The notes under the pieces: model-generated | What the model saw: only the letters and a program-made list of their open reading frames with translations | The model's database searches: none | Told to the model about the DNA's origin: nothing | Source: Octopus bimaculoides | Taxonomy: Eukaryota | Direction: 5' to 3' | Length of the DNA: 64,000 nucleotides | NCBI RefSeq assembly: GCF_001194135.2 | Contig: NC_068995.1 | Coordinates: forward strand, 35,657,380 to 35,721,379 | In this document: positions 12,248 to 24,286 of the stretch, one piece after another | How the letters are laid out: each line of letters starts with the position of its first letter | Numbering within the stretch: the first letter of the stretch is position 1 | Position numbers and translations under genes: made by a program

Positions 12248-13240
12248 TGCTTTCAAATGTTGGCACGAGGCCAACAAGTTCTTGTGAAGGGGCAAATCGA
12301 TTACATCAATCCCTAGTACTCCGCTGGTACTTATTTTATCGACCCTGAAAGGATAAAAGACAAAGTCGACTTCGGCAGCATTTGAACTCAGAAAGTAAAG
12401 ACAGACGAAATACTACTAAGTATTTTGCCCGGCGTTCTAACGATTCTGCCTGCTAACTGTCTCCCTGTCTTTTCTAATGTTGGTTTCAAATTTTGACACA
12501 ATGCCAGTAATTTCGGGGGTGGCGCTAAGTCGATTACATCGACCCCAGTACTTGACTGGTGTTCATTTTATCGATCCGATAGGACGAAAGGCAAAGCTGA
12601 CTTCGGCGTAATTTGAACGCAGAACAGTGTTGGCGTGGCCGTGGCTGTATGGTAAGAGGCTTACTTCCTAACCTCATGGTTCCAGGTTTAGTCCCACTGA
12701 GTGGCACCCTAGGCAAGTGTTTTCTACTCTAGCCTCAGGCCAACAAAGCTTTGTGAGTGGATTTGGTAGCCGGAAACTGAAAGAAGCCTTTTTTGGATGC
12801 CTTTATGTCTGTGTTTGTCCCCCATCACCACTACTTGACAACGGGTGGTGGTGTGTTTACGTCCCTATAACTTACTGATTCAACAAAAGGGTTTGATAAA
12901 ATATGTACCAGGCTTTTAAAAAATAAGTACCTGGATCTATATATTCGATTAAAAATTTTTCCCGGCGGTGCTTCAGCATGGCTGTGGTCTAATGACTGAA
13001 ACAAGTAAAAGATAAAAGAGAACATGAAGACGGACGAAATGCTTCTAAGTGCTCTGCCCGGTGGTCTAACGATTCTGTCAGCTCACCAACTTCCACTCAT
13101 TTTAATATTGACTTCAGATATTTGCACAAGGCCAGCAAACTCGCTAGATGGATAAGTCGATTACATCGAGCCCAGTGTTCAACTGGTACTTATTTTATTG
13201 ACCCCGAAATGATGAAGGGTAAAGCAGGATGTCGGTGCGA
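12248..13240 (-). mobile_element. Cluster of SINE family A copies, one interrupted by a family B insertion
   Basis: Copies at 12248-12470, 12478-12625 plus 13019-13092 (split), and 13105-13240. Confidence 0.85.
12632..13020 (+). mobile_element. SINE family B (tRNA head, CORE-like centre)
   Basis: Head GTGGCTGTATGGTAAG...GGTTTAGTCCC, CORE-like GGCACCCTAGGCAAGTG and 3' CAGCATGGC...GACTGAAACAAGTAAAA. It matches 56445-56830. Confidence 0.88.
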
Positions 13241-14330
13241 AGATTTTTGATAAATTTTATAGGTAACACAGAGTAACTTAAGGAGACACCTAGGATATAT
13301 AGAGGACAGGGGTAGCAATAACGAAAACAACACAAACGAAAACAAACAGCAAGTGGTAATAAGTAGTACAATATCACTAAGGCTAGGGGAAACGGGGTAA
13401 CAATAATGATAAGCAAAAATTCAACAGTAGAATAATCTGTGCACAAAAAGCAAACCGAAACGTAGGACAAAGTAGAACGCAGCACTGAAGTAGAACACAG
13501 CACGGAGGTCCGAAGCGTAAGTGAAGCGTAAGTGAAGCGTTCGTTTAAAGTGTTCAAGTAATGGGACCATGTGTCAAAAGAGTACGTGCTATTGGTTAAA
13601 TGCCAACCAATAGGGGGAGCAAAACTGTTCAAGTGAACGGGAAACAGGTGAGTCATGCGGTGGAGGAGGGGTTATAGGTAATTGTGGGAACAATTGGTGA
13701 AAAGTGTGGTAATCTGTGATAAACACAGAGAGGGAGTACGCTCTGGTGCAAAAAGGCACCTAACACGTAACCGCCGACAGTGACAATTTCTATTTTTTTT
13801 AGGTGGTGGAGTCAGTATCGATTGTAACGTGCAGGAGGGAGAAATTATGTAATTTGTAATAATCACTAATAAGGAGTATGCCTCGGTGTCACCTGACACT
13901 AGGGTAAAATTAAGGGGGGAGCCCCGAGTCTACTGCGGCAAGTAGTGTGAATCGGTGGGGGTGGGTGTGGTTCGCACAATGTCACCAATGCAGCGCGGTG
14001 CTAATTAATCGGTGGAAGAATAAGGAGTTTCAAAACTGTCATGAGTTGAAAGCCTTCCCGAAGACTTGATTAATGCAAATTTGAAGTTGATGAAAGAAAA
14101 CTCTTAGAGCATCCGACCAAAGGGTGGTATGGCGAGTCTTGAATTGTGTGATTGCTAACGTCGTTAACACGCATTACCTTTTGACAAGATCAGTGAACGT
14201 ATCCGACCGTCTTCAAGGCAAGCATATTTGATTGTTGCAGAAGCAACTGCGGTTGTTGTTTTTTTAACAGTATATTATAGCGAACCAGCATGGGCAATGC
14301 CTGGTGCACCTGCTAGGGATTGAGCTGGAT
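13240..14330 (-). mobile_element. Unclassified decayed element, possibly a Penelope-like 3' end
   Basis: Non-SINE segment, richer in GC than its surroundings. The minus strand has only weak GIY-YIG-like remnants (IIYC, RRSDTF). Confidence 0.3.
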
Positions 14331-14500
14331 TAGCTCTCAGTTTTTGTCTAGTCGTATAGATCCAATCATATGTAAATGGGAAAATCAATTATATCTTTAT
14401 ATTGATAGTCTGCAACAAAAAAGCTGTGGTTGGTAGAGAGAGTCACAGTTACTCCCGCCGTTTATCCGCGCTTTGCTACTCGTTCGAGTTTTTCAGAACT

Positions 14501-14559
14501 TCAGAAGGTACGTTCAGCCGGATCAAAATAAACTTTTGATGTTTTTATGTAAAGATCAC
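14501..14559 (-). CDS. Candidate exon 3 of a small spliced unit (GDLYIKTSKVYFDPAERTF*)
   Basis: Strong acceptor TTAACTTTTCTTTTGCAG; phase-compatible with 14661-14694. Confidence 0.35.
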
Positions 14560-14660
14560 CTGCAAAAGAAAAGTTAATCAATAAAAGCCACAATTATCCG
14601 GTATTGCATCATCAATTCTGGAGAAATTCGCTAAAAAATTCCATATTCCTCTCTATTTAC

Positions 14661-14694
14661 CTGTGCGCCAACAATTTAGCAAAATCAATGAAAA
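14661..14694 (-). CDS. Candidate 34-nt exon 2 of a small spliced unit
   Basis: Acceptor TTAATTGTCTTTTCAG, donor CAG|GTAAAT, and a 101-nt intron to the next exon. Confidence 0.4.
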
Positions 14695-14879
14695 CTGAAA
14701 AGACAATTAAGAATCTCGAATTAGAGCTAATAAAATTCACTTGCAGCACTATGTCTAAATTTTATTCGAAAATCATTTAGAAAAGAACTTTCACCTTATA
14801 AATTTTACATTGATCCACACCTCAGTGTTCAAAAATGCTTTCATGTTTCTCATCTCATCTACATAATTCTTGAGCTTAC

Positions 14880-14909
14880 CTGTTTTCTCTTGGAGACAAA
14901 ACATGCCAT
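14880..14909 (-). CDS. Candidate exon 1 (MACFVSKRKQ) or 9-nt microexon AGAAAACAG
   Basis: Donor CAG|GTAAGC and a 185-nt intron. There is an ATG at 14909 and a possible acceptor TTTGTCTCCAAG at 14889-14890. Confidence 0.35.
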
Positions 14910-15081
14910 GAAATCGAAGGGAAAGTAATAGTAAACTCAAGAATTATAAAGATATGAAGGGGACGAGAAACATGAAAGCGGGTTAGAAAAATAAGCAATG
15001 ATAAGGAAGCAATTGCACAAAACATAGGATTTGCCAAATAGACAGTATGTTCAGTAAAACCAGATTACTTGTTAGCCAATA

Positions 15082-15391
15082 GAGGAGCGTAGTGGTTAAG
15101 GTATTCGGTATACGATCGTAAGGTCATGAGTTCGATTCCCGACGGCGCGTTGTGTCCCTGGGCAAGACACTTTATTTCACGCTGCTCCAGTTCACTCAGC
15201 TTGCAAAAAAAAATGCATTTCAAAAGGCTAAGCTTGTCAAACTCTATGTCACGCTTAATCTCACTGAGATCAACGTAAATGGTGTGCGTGTTCGTGGAGT
15301 ACTCAGCCACTTGCACATTAATTTCACGAGTAGGCTGTGCTGTTGATCGGATCAACTGGAACCATCGTCGTCATAACCGACGGAGTGCCAA
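15082..15391 (+). mobile_element. SINE family C variant with CORE-like centre
   Basis: tRNA head GCGTAGTGGTTAAGG...GAGTTCGATTCCC, TTGTGTCCCTGGGCAAGACAC, and the tail shared with 1033-1422. Confidence 0.88.
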
Positions 15392-15555
15392 TTTGATGTT
15401 GGCTTAATATAAAGATTTTCAGCGAAAACTCAAACACGTGGTGTGCGTGCTTGCGTGCGTGCGAATGTGCGTGCTTTCACGATTGCGTGCGTGCATGCAT
15501 GCGTGTGTGTGTGCGTTTGTGTGTGTGTGCGTGTACGTGTGCGTGTGCGTGTACG

Positions 15556-15787
15556 TGTTATTTCTTTACTACCCACAAGGGGCTACACACAGAGGGGACA
15601 AACAAAGACAGACAAACGGATTAAGTCGATTATATCGACCCCAGTGCGTAACTGGTACTTATTTAATCGACCCCGAAAGGATGAAAGGCAAAGTCGACCT
15701 CGGCGGAATTTGAACTCAGAACGTAGCGGCAGACGAAATACCGCTAAGCATTTCGCCCGGCGTGCTAACGTTTCTTCCAGCTCGCCG
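15556..15787 (-). mobile_element. SINE family A, young subfamily
   Basis: Near-identical to 28441-28670, 38358-38585 and 45367-45600, with the tail CCCCTTGTGGG..AAAGAAAT. Confidence 0.92.
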
Positions 15788-16057
15788 TGCGCGTGTGCGT
15801 GTGCGTGTACGTGTGCGTGTGTGTCACGGTAATTAATTATGTAGACGTGAAAATGTGAATGTGTACCGCATATGTGTGCTTGAATCATTGCATGAAAATC
15901 TCTGTGGTCACATTTATATGAGTAAATAGATAAAAATATTTAAGATTCTCTGCATTTGTAAACACATATATATTTGCTTATATACGTTTCTGTACATATA
16001 TACATGCGTTTCGTACCCAAATGAGCGTACGATTAGAAAATATACAAGCAACAGACC

Positions 16058-16800
16058 ATGTGTGTACGTGCGTATGTGTTTGTGCTCGCGCGTGTATGTA
16101 CGTGTTTGAGCATGTATGCGTGTATGTGCGTGTGCGTGTATGTGTATGTGCCTTCGCGTGTTTGTGTGTATGCTCGTGCGTGTATGTGTGTATGCTCCAG
16201 TGTGTATATTTGTGTGCTCGCACATGTATGTGTGTGTGCTTGCGCTTGTACGTGTGTGTGTTTGCACGTGTTGATGTGTGTGCTTTCGCGTGTATGTGTG
16301 TGCACACGTCCGTGTGTGTTTGTACTTCGGTGTGCATGTGTGTGTGTGTACTCGCACGTGTATGTGTTTGTGCTTGTGCGTGTATATGCGTGTACTTCCG
16401 CGTGTATGTGTGTGTGCTTGCGCGTGTGTGTGTGTGTGTCCTTTTCGTCTATGTGTGTGTCTCCATGCGTGTATGTGCGCATGCTCGCGCGTGTATGTGT
16501 GTGGTTTTGCGCGTGTAGGCGTGTGTCCTTGCGCGTGTATGTGTGTATGCTTGAAGGTGTGTGTGCTTGCGCGTAAATGTCTGTGTGCTCATGTGTGTAT
16601 GTGTGTGCTCGCGCGTGTATGTCAATGTGCTTGCACGTGTATGTATGTATGTATGCACGAGCGTGTATGTTGTGTGCTTGCGCGTGTGTGTGCTTGAGCG
16701 TGTATGTGTGCGTGCCTGTGTGTCTATGTTTGTATGCTTACACGTGTACGTGTGTGTGGTCGCGCGTCTACGTGCATGTGCTTGCGCGCGAATTCATGCA
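16058..16800. repeat. Complex degenerate (TG/CG/TA) alternating purine-pyrimidine tract
   Basis: The unit TGTGTGTGCT(T/C)GCGCGTGTA recurs. The tract is followed by a long N-gap and (GT)n. Confidence 0.9.
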
Positions 16801-17544
16801 TACGAGTTAAGTGTATATAATATTACGTAGATTTGTAATGGATGTGCGTGTACTTCTATGTTCGTCAATGAGTCAGGTCNNNNNNNNNNNNNNNNNNNNN
16901 NNNNNNNNNNNNNNNNNNNNNNNNNNNNNNNNNNNNNNNNNNNNNNNNNNNNNNNNNNNNNNNNNNNNNNNNNNNNNNNNNNNNNNNNNNNNNNNNNNNN
17001 NNNNNNNNNNNNNNNNNNNNNNNNNNNNNNNNNNNNNNNNNNNNNNNNNNNNNNNNNNNNNNNNNNNNNNNNNNNNNNNNNNNNNNNNNNNNNNNNNNNN
17101 NNNNNNNNNNNNNNNNNNNNNNNNNNNNNNNNNNNNNNNNNNNNNNNNNNNNNNNNNNNNNNNNNNNNNNNNNNNNNNNNNNNNNNNNNNNNNNNNNNNN
17201 NNNNNNNNNNNNNNNNNNNNNNNNNNNNNNNNNNNNNNNNNNNNNNNNNNNNNNNNNNNNNNNNNNNNNNNNNNNNNNNNNNNNNNNNNNNNNNNNNNNN
17301 NNNNNNNNNNNNNNNNNNNNNNNNNNNNNNNNNNNNNNNNNNNNNNNNNNNNNNNNNNNNNNNNNNNNNNNNNNNNNNNNNNNNNNNNNNNNNNNNNNNN
17401 NNNNNNNNNNNNNNNNNNNNNNNNNNNNNNNNNNNNNNNNNNNNNNNNNNNNNNNNNNNNNNNNNNNNNNNNNNNNNNNNNNNNNNNNNNNNNNNNNNNN
17501 NNNNNNNNNNNNNNNNNNNNNNNNNNNNNNNNNNNNNNNNNNNN

Positions 17545-17618
<74 letters not shown>

Positions 17619-19744
17619 ATACGTAATAGTTTTGTTCTGTTGAAGAAGTGCGGCCATCATGGTAACCTCTATTCATTAACGGGCGGAAATGTTGACCTGA
17701 TCTAGCAACTTGGCACCGGGTTGACTGGATGTCTATATGATAGTTACCATACTATATATGCCTTTGGTAAACAAGTCTGATCTGAAGTGTCATTGTAGCT
17801 AAGTGACCGAGGTGTAGGTATCGTGTCCACCCCATATGTAGCATATTTTAACGTGTTTATTATGTTTTACTGTACAGTAAAGGCACACGGCACTAAATAT
17901 CTTATGTTATATAATAACTGCGGTAAAATGCTCTGAGACATCACAGAACGTAAAATTACTGTCGAGTTAACGCTATAGTCGTACTTATTGTAGCGAGGAT
18001 AAATTGAAAAGCAAAAATGCAGCGAGGAGATGGAAACTTTAAGTTTCAAATATTTCTTTCATATGATTTTGTCCACCAAATAAAGACGACGTCTATGAAT
18101 ATGTTTCAGTCATAAGCAAATTCTATCAAATTTAACACGTTTTACTGTTAAGGCACAAGGCTCTCTGAAAATCTCATAACAGCTGTGGGAAATAGTTCTG
18201 GGACATTATCGAACGTAAAATTGTTATTTGATGTAGCGATGATAAATTTAAGCAAAAATGAGGTGAGGAGAAACTTTAACTTATTGATATTTATGTCATA
18301 TAATTTTGTTCACCAAGTACAGAAGACAATTATGAATATTCTTCAGTCTTAAGCCCTCTTCAGCAAAACATAATGTTGTTAGTTCTTGCCAGAGAAGTAG
18401 TAAGAGTATTATTATACTGATGCACAATATTGCACATGGGTAGGTGTCGAAGATTATCATGATGACTGAGATGGATGCTATTTTAGTTTGCAGCCCACCG
18501 CAGTATCCGTAGTCTACACTAAAATGACCTGATCTGGGTTAAAATTAGGGTTAGGTTTAAAATTAGGATTTATGGTTATGGTTTGGACTTAAGGTTAAGA
18601 TTAAGGATTAAGGTTAAAATTAGTGCTAAGGTTGGGGGTTAAACTGCATGACAAAGTGTAAATGGTCAGATAGGTTACACTGTAATACGTAAATTAGTAC
18701 CCTGAGATATCTGATTATCCAGGAATTCTATTTACACTGACATAACAGTTAAGTTAGATTCATCAAGAACTTAAGGTCCTAAGGATGTGCATTATAGTGC
18801 ATTAATATAGCGTTTCTCTGATTATGAATTCAACCAGTACAGAGAAAGTTATGTTTCGCTGACTAGGATTGATAAGACTAAAACATTACCAGTTGTCACT
18901 CGTACTTGCAAGGACTGTATTAGTATTAATCATTAACCTCATGTATTTTTGTTTGTTTTTCTTTCCTTTCCTTTCTTCTTAGCAAAGTACTGTTAAGTAA
19001 TTCTTTACTCCTTGCATCTTGAAATATGACGGTGCTAACTTGACTCCCTACCTCATCTTACTGGTAGTAAAGAAAATATTAAATAAAGTAAGGTGTTACC
19101 TTACTTAATATAGTAGTAGCAGTAGCGGTAGTCACAATTCTAGCAGCAGCGGCAGCACGAGGAGGTTTGAGGTCTCGAATCTTGTGACGTTTTACTGGTT
19201 AATAAAGAGTTTATTAAAAACAGTATTATTCGAGCCCTAATCACTTACAGTCTTTCAAGACATGAAATATTAGATATGGAAAGTAAAGGAGAACTAAAAG
19301 ATATAGGTTAAATGAATTCAGCAGATCTTGTTTGGAACATTGCGCAGAAAACATGAAGCTGCACTCCAAAGAAAAATAGAAACGAACAGCCATTGGCTAA
19401 AAACATTCACTATTCATAAAGCAAAGAATATCTTACACGGAAATGTGCCCTACATTATCTATATTTTAACTTTCATATTTTACCTGTTTTAGTCATAAAA
19501 CAGCAACCATGCTGGAGGGTTTGGTCAAACAAATCGATCCGAGTATTTAATATTCAAGCCACATATTTATATTGTAGGTCTGTTTTTGCCGAACCACTAT
19601 CTTACAGAAACGTAAACAATCCAACGTTGGTTGCCTAGCGGCGGTGGATAGCAAACGCAAAGACAAATATAAATACTTACATACGTGTGTGTATATGTAT
19701 AACTTACTTGGAAATGGATGCGTGGAGTTCAATCATATAACAAT

Positions 19745-19785
<41 letters not shown>

Positions 19786-20620
19786 NNNNNNNNNNNNNNN
19801 NNNNNNNNNNNNNNNNNNNNNNNNNNNNNNNNNNNNNNNNNNNNNNNNNNNNNNNNNNNNNNNNNNNNNNNNNNNNNNNNNNNNNNNNNNNNNNAATCTG
19901 CTTCTCCAACATACTGAGAATTCAGAAATAGCAGCCAAAGAACTACTGATTCCAAAACTACAAATTATTACTCTAAATTGATAGCGATATTTTTGATACA
20001 CACAGAACAAAAAACAGTAGAGAAGAGTAAAAAAACCACCTGCCTTTAGTTAATTTAGTACGATCGTTTCACAGTTAAGAGTAAAGAATACTCTATTCTG
20101 ATCTTCAGCTAAATATTCTAATAAATTTGTTAATGTCTAAATAACTCACGTTAATTTTGACCATGCGACATCAATACCACGTGAGGAAGACGTTAAGAAA
20201 TTTATCGGCCAGTGAGTTCAAAATCTCTCACCCCAATGAATTCAATTCAGTGTTCATCATAAATAGTCCCGTATAGAAAAGAGACCCGTACGAACTTCTT
20301 GCGGTTTAACTATTCACCTTAGAGGTATTATTAAAATATAGATATGCAGGGCAGGGAATCGTCAATTAGTAATAAAATTAATAATTAACAATTTTGCCGG
20401 GTAGCTCAGTATGAAAAAACCTTTTCGGTAAAATCATTTATAATCATAAATATACTCAGTATGTTGGAGAAGCAGGTTACTGTCAATCCCTATATATTTA
20501 TGATTATATATATATATATATATATATTGTTTACGTTTGTCGTAATTTGAATTTAACATATGATAGCGTCTCATAAAGCGAGATTTCTATACCTCTTAAA
20601 TTTGCAGTGGAATCTGTATT

Positions 20621-20699
20621 GGTGGAGTTTAGCTTAATCGGTCAGGGCATCGTAACGCGTAATCACGGAGATGTGAGTTCGCGTCCACAGCTAACCACC
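20621..20699 (+). pseudogene. Degenerate tRNA-like sequence (Thr-CGT-like)
   Basis: TAGCTTAATCGG (A-box), anticodon loop CG-CGT-AA, GAGATGTGAGTTCGCGTCCAC (T-arm), GGTGG/CCACC ends and a T7 run downstream. The stems are mismatched. Confidence 0.55.
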
Positions 20700-20885
20700 T
20701 ATAATTTTTTCTGCAAAATAAGGGTAGTTTATCCTGTTCAGGCTATATTATTAGCATTATCCTGCGATTGAGAATTTTAAAATCACTTCTTTAACTTTGT
20801 AAGACATCTCAACGCTTCTCAAAAAGCAAACTTCGTTTGTTTGTTTACGTTTGTCGTAATTTGAATTTATTATTATTATTATATC

Positions 20886-21803
20886 CAGGGCGGCGAATTT
20901 GCGAGATCGTTAGATTGTCGCAAAAAACTGCCGTGTGGTATTTGTTCCGGTTCTTAAACGTCAGGGTTCAAATCCTGTTGTCCTCAACTTCACCTTTCAT
21001 TCTTTCACAGTGAATAAAATGAAATACCAGTCGTGTACTAGGGTCCATGTAATTCCCCACTCCCCATAAAAATTACTGGCTTTATGCCAAAATTAGAAAC
21101 AACTATTATTACTATTATTATAATTGACTCAAGCGGGCGCCGGTTGGCTGAGGCGTTATAGTGTCGAAAAAATACACTGCTCTATTCCATCAAGCTCTTC
21201 AAAACATTCTGGTTTCAAATCTTGCCAGGTCAAGTTTTTCTTTTCGGGTTGATGAAAAATAAAATTACCAGTCAATTGATGGGATCAAGGTAACCCCACC
21301 CCCATCAAAATTGTTCGTCTCGTGCCTAAAGTAGGAAAGATAATTATCTCTTTGCAAGGGTGGTAGATGCGCAAAGTCATTTAGAGTATTTTCTCCGGCT
21401 CTTTACGTTTTGTGGTCAAATCACGACAAAGTAAATCTGACCTTTCACCTCTCCATGTTTAATAGTATAAAGTAATTCCAGTCAAGATTTAAGCCATCCG
21501 TCTACTACAACCCATAAAAATTCAGGGCATGTGCCTAAGGTAGAAATGATTATTATGTTTTTATGAAAACAATACAACTTTCGATTTTGAAATTAATGCG
21601 CAGAGTTGGCAGAATTGTTAGCACACCGGACAAAATGCTTAGCTGTATTTCGTCCGTCTTTACGTTCTGATTTCAAATGTCACTGATCGACTTTGCCTTT
21701 CATCCTTTCGGAATCAATAAAATAAATGCTAGTGGAGCACTGGTCGTTGTAATCGTGTTACCTCTCCTCCAAATTGCTGGCCTTTTGCCAAAATTTGAAA
21801 CTA
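20886..21803 (+). mobile_element. Array of four diverged SINE family A copies
   Basis: Copies at about 20886-21105, 21135-21335, 21350-21545 and 21593-21803, all in the same orientation. Confidence 0.85.
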
Positions 21804-22083
21804 ATATATAGTTGAAATTCGTATCATTATTTGAGGTTATATACTGACTCAATTTATGAAAGTCTGTACAATAATTTGTTTATCTAACGTATGGTAATTA
21901 GTGAGAAGAAGCATTTCAAAGCCTAATTGTAATATGCGTTTTTATTCTCGAATAAGTTCTTTTTTCTTGGTGTGATTGTTATTATTGGATTTCCATACAA
22001 ATATCTAAATATGAGGTTAGATTGAGTTAAGCTAACAGAAAAAGCACCAAAGGAAAGGGAACGCTGCAACTGTGTTGCTTTAG

Positions 22084-22124
22084 GAGCTTGATCGTGAAAG
22101 GGCAATTTATTATTGTGCTTGTCA
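22084..22124 (+). CDS. Candidate 41-nt exon (ELDRERAIYYCAC or SLIVKGQFIIVLV)
   Basis: Acceptor TGTGTTGCTTTAG, donor TCA|GTAAGT, and two open frames. Confidence 0.3.
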
Positions 22125-24286
22125 GTAAGTGACATCCTATAATTATTTTAATTGCATGCGAGAAACAGGGGTCACCATCTTGTACGTAAACGACCAGAAA
22201 ATAAGAATTTGTAAGACGTACGTAATAAATCATAACATATTTATTACTGGATGTAATGCGTTAATATATAAGGTTAATTGAAGGAAAAGCTTGTAAGATC
22301 ACATGAACATATTTTGCAGCCACATGTCTCAAAGCAAATAAGGCGAACATCCGCGCGTGCGAGTGTATATTCGAGTGGCGTGACTCAGTGCATGTCTAGG
22401 AAACGACAGGCAAAAGTGGCGCGAAATTAGAAATGTGTTCCATTATATAAGGGATGAACTGGAAGTCCCTGACTTTAATTGGAAGCTTCTAGAATGTTCG
22501 AGAATTTTCGAGAAGATCAAGGGAGATTATTCTCGTTAGATCCATTTTCCGTTTTGCTTTCCTGCTTGACCGCCAATGTAGTGTTTGATGTAACGTTCAA
22601 TGTAGCACTTCACGTAGTGTTTGGTGTGGTGCTTGATACAGTGTGATAGATCTCATTGGTTGTAAATATTTGATATTACTAAATCAATTGCAAATCCTGA
22701 TCAAACTGGTACTTATATCAACTTAATCTGATCCAGTTATGTAACTGGTAACTTTACTAGGTTAGTAAATAGACGGTTTTATGTTTGTGTTTGTGAGTGT
22801 GAGAGAGGGGCTGTTGAGTATGTACGTGCACACGTATGAACATATGTACGCGTGTGTTCATAAATATAATACAGGAAGGGATATATTAGCTGATACATAA
22901 ATAAATAGAGAGCTCGATGAAAAGGCATGCAAGCAGACGGACAGACACACAGTCATGTGACTAGAGGGATGGTTGGTATGTGGATTAGGAAGACAGACAA
23001 GTAAACAAATATAAATAACCATTTCATATAATTACAGTCATTAACCAAGAAACAGTCAAGCAGAGAGTCAGAAATGTTAGTACCGGAAGTAATAAAGTAA
23101 TAGACAAATGAACAAATATACTGAAGTGTTTATTTCAACTAATTACTCAGAATATGTTACGTCAGGCTGAGGAACTGAATGAGGATAAAATATGATGATG
23201 TCACAAAGAAAACCAATCAAAATTTCTACAAGAGCAGTGTACTATATACTGATCTACAATTCTCTACATTTTAAGCGTGAGAATTAGCATCATCGTCATT
23301 CTTCTTTGCTTCAGTCGATCATTGCACCAACGACCACTTATGGAAGATTTTGTTTTTGTGATACAAAAATCAATACATAGCGATGACAAAATAACAACTA
23401 GTTTGACTGTGTAACATGGTTTTTGTCTTTGGGTAGCAAATGTTATTTCCTATTTGCTTCCCCCTAGAAAGTATGAAAAATGGCCAATTAATATTCCTTT
23501 CAAACTTTGCTTTGTTACATTTATTCAAACCCCAAAGAATCCCTCTCAACACATGGCTGTGATGCTCCCACCACCATCACCGCCACACTACTCCTGCTCA
23601 TGATCAGAGGTGCACATATTGTTAGTCATTAAAGGCATGCTCAAGTGGTTATGGTCAAGTAACTGACAAGCAAATCAATGTTATTGAGCAGAATATTTGC
23701 AACAACGATATTTCTGCTTTAGCAACTCAGCGCTGGATCTGTCTCAAATGTAATGGAAAATAGGTAAGTTTCAAAACATTGATGTTCAGGTCACAAAGGC
23801 AGAGAGCTTGAAGGGAATAGTTGTTATTGATTTCTAGATAGATGCAAATAGAAAATAACATTTATTCATCAAAGACCAAAACAAATTTGTTACAGTGTTA
23901 TATATCACTGAAAGTCCAAGATACAGAACTTCACGTCACCAAAGACATATATTTGTGGATTCCCAATAACAAGTGAACTGACTTCAAACATTTCTAATAC
24001 TTGACTTTCCACATGAGTTAATGTCAATCACCTCTAACGAACAATTAAAAAATATATTTACCCGTTTCTTATGCTTAATTAGATAAATATTTAACGATTT
24101 TATGTGTGTTATTTGGCAAAATGAGAGATTCATTTTACCAAGATAACTAGAAAGCTTCCAATTACATATACGAGTTACATTCCAGAAGATTTGAAACTTT
24201 CTTTTGAGAGAGGCTGTTATAAGAATCCTAGATTATTGTAATTTTAGTATATCATTATTCTACATCTAATAAGCTGACTCGCCAAA

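Noticed and set aside
19105-19194. Minus-strand 90-nt open exon candidate (KRHKIRDLKPPRAAAAARIVTTATATTIL)
   Set aside because: Much of it is degenerate AGT/AGC microsatellite, so openness is expected by chance.
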